Source: Bacteroidales bacterium
GTDB taxonomy: Bacteria > Bacteroidota > Bacteroidia > Bacteroidales > UBA1715
Direction of reading: 5' to 3'
Length of the DNA stretch: 64,000 bases
NCBI GenBank assembly: GCA_045615765.1
Contig: JAZLFM010000014.1
Span: 629 to 64,628 of the forward strand
The notes beneath the pieces were generated by a model. That model was given only the letters and a program-made list of their open reading frames with translations. It was not told where the DNA came from and made no database searches. This document shows, one piece after another, positions 57,687 to 64,000 of this stretch (the first letter of the stretch is position 1; each line of letters opens with the position of its first letter). The position numbers and the translations under genes are program-made.

Positions 57687-58814
57687 CTATTTATACGAAA
57701 TCTGACGAGTCATAGTTTTTGTCTTTCCATTCTCTACAACTGTTAAAGAAATCCAATTACCTTGTGCGTCGAATTCATAGGTATATTGACATAGGGAACG
57801 ACCGTTCACACTTTTCACAACACAATTTTGTTCATTGTATTCACACTGAAACATTGGAGTCATCTCACCATTTTCCTGTTTTTTCTGAACCTTTACTATT
57901 CTATTCTTACCATCACGGTTCATCACACAATAATCATAACGATAACCGTCATAACTTGAATATTCGACCAAGTTTCCTACTGAGTCATACACCATAGTGT
58001 TTGTTTCGGAACTAATCAATGGAGGATTTCTCTTTGCACGTTTAAAATAACCTTTGTTTACCTTAGAAAGCTTTCCGTTTTCATAAAAGTACATAGAACT
58101 TTCAACCATTGGGCTATTTGTATATGATTTAATTTGCTGTTGTAATGCCTTGTTTTTGTATGTAAAATCAAAAACTGCATCACGAGAATTGTTGCTTGCA
58201 GTAACAATTTTCTCTTTCATTAAACCATTACCTTTATAATCGTACAAGTACATAGCATCTATAGCCCATTCACGCACACTAGAGCCTAATATTTCCAACA
58301 AATAAATTCGAGGAGAAGTAAGCGTTTTGCTCCAGCCGTCAAGGAAAATATAATCATCAGTAACTATTAACTTTGAAGAATTATAATCACCTGATAAAGT
58401 CTTTTTTTCAGAATTCGGATATAAGCAAGCCTCACTAGCCACACGACCTTTTTTATCGTAAGTAATTGCGATAATTTTATCTACAAGATTAACAACTTCC
58501 ACTTGGTTGTTTTCGTTATAAGTTAGCTTACAAAGTACATTTCCTTCACTCGTAATTTCTTTTAATTGTCCAAGTTCATTATAAGCACAAGCATACTGAA
58601 CTCCATCCTTTTGAACTGTGATTTTTTCAACAGAACCTGCCGCCAACGCGAACTCGAAATTAGACTGAAGTATTGCTGGCAAAGAATATTCCAGACGATT
58701 CGCCATTAAATTCTTTGGAGAAAATGTTGTTGAAACTTCATCTGCCGTAAGCATCTGTGCAAACGAACAAACAGAGAAAAACACCAATATAAAAACGCTA
58801 ACTATATGTTTCAT
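57687..58814 (-). CDS. secreted hypothetical protein with YD/RHS-like short repeats
   Basis: Signal peptide MKHIVSVFILVFFSVCSFAQ. Recurring Y(N/D)..G.L/V..-type segments (AYNELGQLKEI, TYDKKGRVASE, VYDSVGNLVEY, EFDAQGNWISL). Confidence 0.65.
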   Translation of the reverse strand: MKHIVSVFILVFFSVCSFAQMLTADEVSTTFSPKNLMANRLEYSLPAILQSNFEFALAAGSVEKITVQKDGVQYACAYNELGQLKEITSEGNVLCKLTYNENNQVEVVNLVDKIIAITYDKKGRVASEACLYPNSEKKTLSGDYNSSKLIVTDDYIFLDGWSKTLTSPRIYLLEILGSSVREWAIDAMYLYDYKGNGLMKEKIVTASNNSRDAVFDFTYKNKALQQQIKSYTNSPMVESSMYFYENGKLSKVNKGYFKRAKRNPPLISSETNTMVYDSVGNLVEYSSYDGYRYDYCVMNRDGKNRIVKVQKKQENGEMTPMFQCEYNEQNCVVKSVNGRSLCQYTYEFDAQGNWISLTVVENGKTKTMTRQISYK

Positions 58815-58825
58815 CGCTATTCTTT

Positions 58826-58865
58826 TTCAAAAAAACAAAAGGCCATCCTATCGGACAGCCTTTTT
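58826..58865 (-). terminator. hairpin terminator between the giant adhesin gene and the next gene
   Basis: On the minus strand, AAAAGGCUGUCC-GAUA-GGAUGGCCUUUU is followed by a U-rich run. The stem sequence is related to the 57635-57660 hairpin. Confidence 0.7.
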
Positions 58866-58877
58866 ATTACATTACAA

Positions 58878-61800
58878 TTATTTCTTTATAAAACTTGATC
58901 TTGCTTTTACCTTATGGTTATTTGAAACAACAATATAATATAAGCCTGATGTCAAATTATTCACTGATATTTCCTGATTTTCTGAATCTGCAGTAAGAGT
59001 CATCACTGTCTTTCCTGAAGCAGAAACGAATTGAATCAAATCACCTTCTGTAACGCCCGCAACAGTAATCATTGAACTTGCAACTGAAGGATAAGCAAGA
59101 ATAGATGTTGCAACTATATCGTCAACCGCAGTAGTAGCCATGTGATATTCAAAATTAGGAACAGAAGCACCATATAATGAACTCAATGAGTTACCTTTAT
59201 ATTCAATAACGATATCATTTGGATCATCGATATATGAACCAAGAGAAATTACAATTCGGTTAGGATTCAATGGCCACAATGAAACATTTTTCACATTGTA
59301 CATTGGGATTTCTTTTCCATAAACATATAATTCTGAATAAACATTTGGAGCAGGCTCACTCATACTTTCTGCGAAGTCAAGATATAACTGATCGCCCTTC
59401 AAACTCATTTCTACAGAGATGATTTCAGGAACCTTTGTTACAACTACAACCATTCTATCGCTTAATGCTGCATTATTTGTATAAGAAACAGAGATTGCTG
59501 TACTACCAGCTTGTTTTGCCTCAATCATACCTGAACCATATACCTGAGCAACTGAATTATTTGAAGATGTCCAAGTAAAGTTTGTATAATCTGAAGTTGC
59601 ACCTACAGGATTCAAAATTAATTCTGGAGTATATTTTTGACCTTCCACCAAATAGATTTTGTCAGCCTCAAATGCAACACTTGTTAACTCATTCTTGATT
59701 TCAGAGTTCAAGAATGCTGTGATTGCATTTTGTAATGATAACACAGCCGAATTAACAATATTTTGACTTGTTGGATTGCTGTTCAACACATTATTAGCGG
59801 CAGCAATTTCATTTTGCAACATATTGAAACTTTCAGCAGGAATATTGCCAACAGAAGTTCCTTTCTTAGATTCATTTATAGAAGCAGTTGTTATAGCCTC
59901 TTGAATTTTTTGTTGCAACTTAGACAAATCTACGCCATCAATTTTGCTTGCCATAAATGCATCCATAGCAGCCTTTAAGTCAGCAACTTGCTTGTCTAAA
60001 TCTGCTTGTGTATATGACATATAATCATCATAATAACTTTGTGCTACTCGAATTGCTTGATTCAATATCACCTTCGCTGACGATGGGTATAGATTGTCAT
60101 CGGCATACATTGCAGAAATACTGTTTGCAAGCGTAATGGTTTGTCCCAATTCTGTTCTATCAAGAGTTGCACCTTTCGTAACAGTAATCTTTGTTGTAGC
60201 AGTGTTAGAACAACCATTCAAATCTTCGTATGTATAAGAGATAGTATAAACACCCACACCTACAGAAGGGTCAAACTTAGAACCAGTCACTCCGTTTCCA
60301 CTAAATACACCACCTGCAGGAGAAGCCGAGATAGCAACAGGAGAATCGTCTGTTGTTAAAGCATCTACCGACGAAACCGAAACTAATGGTAATTCATATA
60401 CATGCAAAGCAACCTTTGTTGCAGGACTTTGACAAGTTGTCTTTTGTACTACATAGTAATAATATGTACCAGCAGCAGTAACACTTGGACTAAATGTTTT
60501 TGTTGAAGCAACTGATTTCGTTAATGCAGCATCAGAATACCATACTACAGAATTTGTTGCGCTTGTTGAGAATGAAGGAGCTATTCCTTCAGCACACATT
60601 GATTGTTCGGCTTTACTAACAACAGGAGCAGTCAAATCACAATCAGATATTTGTAAACTTACTGGAGTTTTTTCAGATGAACATCCTGTCGATTTATTTG
60701 ATACTACTACATAATATGTATATGTTCCTATTTCTGTTTGTTTTGTAGGGAAACTGCTTCCTGTACCAACCGAAGCATTATTGTAATACCATGTTACAGT
60801 ATTATCTGTACTTGTTGCAACTTTCAAATCAGGAATAGTTGAACCAAATGTTGCAGTAACATCAGTCACAGTAAATTCAGGAGCTTCATTAATAGAATAT
60901 GTAACAGTTGTTGCTTGGCTATAGCATCCATCTACATATTGTTTTACTAAATATGTTCCCGCTACAGCAGGAGAATATGTATTGCCCTTTGAAAGTTCAG
61001 TATTGTCGGCAGAATACCAAATTGAAACAACATCTGCACTAAATGTACCTTTTTCACCTTCGCAAACCGAAACATTTGATACAACTGGTTTTGCAGGAAT
61101 AGCATTTTCTATCAATGTTACAGGAACCTTAGTACTTTCACAACCTGCTAATTCTTGATACACCAAGTATCTTCCTGTTGTCGCCGTAGAGAAAGAGTTT
61201 GTAGAACTTACTTTCTTACCACTTTCATCTTCCCAAATCCAAGTTGCTTTTGCATCACCTGTTGCTAAGAATGTAACCTTTTCTGATGTCCCAGCACAAA
61301 TTGATTGTGTTGCATTAGTAACTCTAGGAGCAGACAAATTACAATCTTTCACAACCGTCACTGTTACTTGAGCAGACTTGCTAGAACCATCTTCGGTAGT
61401 TACAGTTACTGTAATAACGACATCAGTATTTTCCTCAACAGCCGAAGCAGAAACAACACCATCTTCTACAGAAACTATAGAAGAAGATGCAGACCATGTA
61501 ATATTCTTTATTGAAGCATCGGAAGGATTTATAACAACATAATTTGATATATCTACAAAATTACCTTCTGGAACTGTCAAGTCTTTTGTATTATTGAATG
61601 ACACTGATTCTACAGGAGCTACTACAGAAATCTCACAACTAACAGACTTTGTATTTGTATATGTAGATGTTGCAGTAATTGTTGCTGTACCAGCACCAAC
61701 GGCAGTAATTTTTCCATTTGCATCTACAGTTACAACCTTAGGATTTGAAGAAACCCAAGAAACTGTTGTAGGTGCTTCTTTAGGAGTAATAGTTAGAACG

Positions 61801-64000
61801 AAGCCATCATACACATCACCTTTTTCCAAAGAAAGATTTTCTGTATTCAAAGTAATTGTTTCTACCGCAGGAGCTTCACAATTATCAATAGAGAAAGTCA
61901 CTTTCGATTCACCATAGCAACCATTTTGATCTTCATAAGCATATGCTACTGTATGAGAGCCAACAGACAAACTAGAAGGAACGAAATCTTCTGCAATGAT
62001 ATCATCAATTGTAAAATCACCACCTGCTAAATCAGCAGAAAGAATAACTTTTGTATCAGAATCAGAGCAATATGATTTTTCGATAGAGATTACTGGTTCT
62101 GGCAAAGCATTTACCGTCAACGTTGCTGTAGCTTTTTCGCTCACACAACCATTCACGATTTGTTCTACGCTATATGTGTATTCTTTTGCAGTTGTTACTG
62201 CTACTGTTTGAATTGATTCTGTTCCTTTTGCAACGCCATTTTCGTCATACCATTGAAGAGTTGCACCAGCAGCAAGGCTACCCGACATTCTCACAATATA
62301 GTCTGCTGTTGAGTTCAAACAAGCTTTTGTTGCGTCTGTCTTTGGAGTTGCTGGTTTTGGAGCAACAGCTACTACTACAGAAGCACGTGGACCTTCGCAT
62401 CCAGGATTTTGAGATGCATAATATGTACCAGCAGCTGTAGGATTGAATGTTGCACCAGTACCTAATTGTTTTCCACCAGTCACAGCATCGTACCATACAA
62501 TATTCTTACCTGTTGCAGACAATGTTGGGAATTCTGTAGAGCCCTCGCAAACAGCATCTACATCTGCAATAGAAGGAGCCTCTGTAGAACAAGAAGTAAC
62601 AGAGAATGTAACTGCTACAAATTCACTTTCACAAGAATTTTCCGTATTTGTTACATAAAATGTATATACTTTTTCAGCAGCTGTTGAAACAGATGGAGTA
62701 TAAGTTGCACCTGTTCCTACTTTTGTTTTTGCATCATTATACCAAGTTATTATTCCAGAACCTGTTGCAGATAACTCAGGAACTGTACCATTTATTTCCA
62801 CTGTTGCAGGAGTTGCAGTTGGAATAGCAGGAGTTGTTACTACAATATCAACATCTTTACTTGCACTACACAAATCTGTTGACACTGTGTATGTAATTGT
62901 ACTTGATCCATTTTCAGGAGAGAAAGAAGAACCTGTAACACCAGTACCAGACCATACACCGCCAGCTGGAGTTGCAGTTAATGTTTGTGCAGCATCGGCA
63001 GCACACATAGTTGTTTTTACCGAAGTCACATCTATCACTGGAGCAGCTTCAATAGTCAAAGTTACTGCGCGACGTTCTACACTTTCGCAAGTTCCATCAT
63101 TTTTAGCAACATAGAACTGATATTCTCCAGCAGCAGTTTTTCCATGTTTGAAAGCATTACCTGAATATAACGCCGTTCCACCTGTTTCTGCAGCGTACCA
63201 AACTGCAACATCTGTTTTATTTGCAAACGAAGCAGCAAGTGTTGCTGTAACATCGCTAGAGCAATATGAAGCATCTGGAATTTCTGTCGCCGTTGGAACA
63301 GAAGCTGTACAAGATTCTTGTACAAAAGTAACAGTATAGTCAGTAGTTGTTCCATCTTCTGCTGTTACCGTTATTGTCGTCACAGCCTTTCCACTTGCAT
63401 CAAAAGTTGTTGCCGCATCGACAGAAGCCGTCGCTCTAGAATCTAAGGCAACAGCGGAATAAGCGCTGGCAGCAGGAAGTTTTGCTCCAAAAGGCACGGA
63501 AATTTCATATTCCGTAGTTGTCGCAGAAAAAACAGGAGTTAATGTATTCGAAGTAATCGACAACGATTCCAACTCGCTGTTTGTATTTGGTTTACCAATA
63601 ATGTAATCGAAAATTTCTCCAGCAGATTGTGTCATTAACGTACCTTTAACGGTATGATTAATCAACTTACTAGCAGAATTATCCCAAACTTTGAATTCAA
63701 CCTCTTCAGGTTCTGAAGTTGAGCCTGTCATATCAGAAGCATCACCACCATGAATAACTGAAGAAACATACAACTTACCATCGTACGCAAATACTTGTGC
63801 GACCATTCTACACTCATCGCCAACAAAAGCGCCGATAAAATCACCTTCTTCCACAACTATAGGGAATGTTGCATCGTACTCGTTAATTTTGACAGTACCA
63901 ATAAACGCTGTCGAGCTAGTATAATTCACACGAGTCCATGTTGGATCTGACGCAAAAACTGAAACAGAAAACAAAGTAGCAAATGCTACCGAAAATGTTC
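58878..64000 (-). CDS. giant T9SS-secreted adhesin-like protein (more than 1700 aa), with its N-terminal few codons outside the window
   Basis: The frame stays open to the window edge (..TFSVAFATLFSVSVFASDP looks like the end of a signal peptide, so the TTG at 63974 is not the true start). It has a cadherin-like beta-sandwich (LESLSITSNTLTPVFSATTTEYEISV) and many Ig-like modules with the C....WY......G..F.P...GTY.YYV....C.S pattern. It also has BIG2 domains ([31 protein letters not shown]), FIVAR-like helical repeats and a C-terminal type A sorting domain (LTSGLYYIVVSNNHKVKARSSFIKK). Confidence 0.85.
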   Translation of the reverse strand, partial: TFSVAFATLFSVSVFASDPTWTRVNYTSSTAFIGTVKINEYDATFPIVVEEGDFIGAFVGDECRMVAQVFAYDGKLYVSSVIHGGDASDMTGSTSEPEEVEFKVWDNSASKLINHTVKGTLMTQSAGEIFDYIIGKPNTNSELESLSITSNTLTPVFSATTTEYEISVPFGAKLPAASAYSAVALDSRATASVDAATTFDASGKAVTTITVTAEDGTTTDYTVTFVQESCTASVPTATEIPDASYCSSDVTATLAASFANKTDVAVWYAAETGGTALYSGNAFKHGKTAAGEYQFYVAKNDGTCESVERRAVTLTIEAAPVIDVTSVKTTMCAADAAQTLTATPAGGVWSGTGVTGSSFSPENGSSTITYTVSTDLCSASKDVDIVVTTPAIPTATPATVEINGTVPELSATGSGIITWYNDAKTKVGTGATYTPSVSTAAEKVYTFYVTNTENSCESEFVAVTFSVTSCSTEAPSIADVDAVCEGSTEFPTLSATGKNIVWYDAVTGGKQLGTGATFNPTAAGTYYASQNPGCEGPRASVVVAVAPKPATPKTDATKACLNSTADYIVRMSGSLAAGATLQWYDENGVAKGTESIQTVAVTTAKEYTYSVEQIVNGCVSEKATATLTVNALPEPVISIEKSYCSDSDTKVILSADLAGGDFTIDDIIAEDFVPSSLSVGSHTVAYAYEDQNGCYGESKVTFSIDNCEAPAVETITLNTENLSLEKGDVYDGFVLTITPKEAPTTVSWVSSNPKVVTVDANGKITAVGAGTATITATSTYTNTKSVSCEISVVAPVESVSFNNTKDLTVPEGNFVDISNYVVINPSDASIKNITWSASSSIVSVEDGVVSASAVEENTDVVITVTVTTEDGSSKSAQVTVTVVKDCNLSAPRVTNATQSICAGTSEKVTFLATGDAKATWIWEDESGKKVSSTNSFSTATTGRYLVYQELAGCESTKVPVTLIENAIPAKPVVSNVSVCEGEKGTFSADVVSIWYSADNTELSKGNTYSPAVAGTYLVKQYVDGCYSQATTVTYSINEAPEFTVTDVTATFGSTIPDLKVATSTDNTVTWYYNNASVGTGSSFPTKQTEIGTYTYYVVVSNKSTGCSSEKTPVSLQISDCDLTAPVVSKAEQSMCAEGIAPSFSTSATNSVVWYSDAALTKSVASTKTFSPSVTAAGTYYYYVVQKTTCQSPATKVALHVYELPLVSVSSVDALTTDDSPVAISASPAGGVFSGNGVTGSKFDPSVGVGVYTISYTYEDLNGCSNTATTKITVTKGATLDRTELGQTITLANSISAMYADDNLYPSSAKVILNQAIRVAQSYYDDYMSYTQADLDKQVADLKAAMDAFMASKIDGVDLSKLQQKIQEAITTASINESKKGTSVGNIPAESFNMLQNEIAAANNVLNSNPTSQNIVNSAVLSLQNAITAFLNSEIKNELTSVAFEADKIYLVEGQKYTPELILNPVGATSDYTNFTWTSSNNSVAQVYGSGMIEAKQAGSTAISVSYTNNAALSDRMVVVVTKVPEIISVEMSLKGDQLYLDFAESMSEPAPNVYSELYVYGKEIPMYNVKNVSLWPLNPNRIVISLGSYIDDPNDIVIEYKGNSLSSLYGASVPNFEYHMATTAVDDIVATSILAYPSVASSMITVAGVTEGDLIQFVSASGKTVMTLTADSENQEISVNNLTSGLYYIVVSNNHKVKARSSFIKK

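Noticed and set aside
57430-57715. Two ~90-aa plus-strand ORFs starting inside tRNA-Pro
   Set aside because: They begin within the tRNA gene and run through its terminator and the terminator of the convergent gene. They are not credible coding sequence.
57405-64000. Possibility that tRNA-Pro marks the attachment site of an integrated island
   Set aside because: I found no integrase or recombinase gene, and no direct repeat of the tRNA 3' end, anywhere in the window. The accessory module at 52-56 kb is separated from the tRNA by lysA.

Overview
This is a 64-kb chromosomal segment from a low-GC Bacteroidota genome. I could not run any database search, so gene identities rest on motifs I recognise in the translations. 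Three things point to the phylum: a TAnnTTTG -7 promoter box at a sensible distance before almost every transcription unit, T9SS C-terminal sorting domains of both type A and type B, and an atpBEFHAG operon without atpDC. OmpA/TPR/PD40 envelope proteins fit the same picture. I count about 56 protein-coding genes and one tRNA-Pro(TGG). There is no rRNA, no CRISPR array and no complete IS element. Most of the window is housekeeping: gap (partial), rluD, pckA, an rfaE-like kinase, trkA/trkH, metH, aroA, an aroE-aroK fusion, asd, atpBEFHAG, ubiX, tadA, aspS, pepP, greA, a HIT protein, aroC and lysA. Large T9SS surface proteins are interspersed, one of them split by a frameshift at a G6 tract. There are two small accessory patches. 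The first (31.9-34.1 kb) holds a HigB/HigA-like toxin-antitoxin pair, a lipoprotein, and a REP-associated tyrosine transposase (RAYT-like) gene carrying two perfect palindromes inside its own ORF. The second (52.05-55.9 kb, between aroC and lysA) holds a small-protein plus retropepsin-like protease cassette. It also holds a tightly packed four-gene envelope module: a DUF3761-like lipoprotein, a TerB-like protein, a 4-TM coiled-coil protein and a vWA-like lipoprotein. That module sits behind a roughly 117-nt highly structured leader RNA that ends in an intrinsic terminator. This module plus its leader is my best candidate for an undescribed system. Other points worth a second look are an uncalled 58-aa membrane ORF translationally coupled between trkA and trkH, a terminator inside the greA leader, repeat-rich atpA-atpG spacer RNA, and several over-extended start codons in the ORF track.
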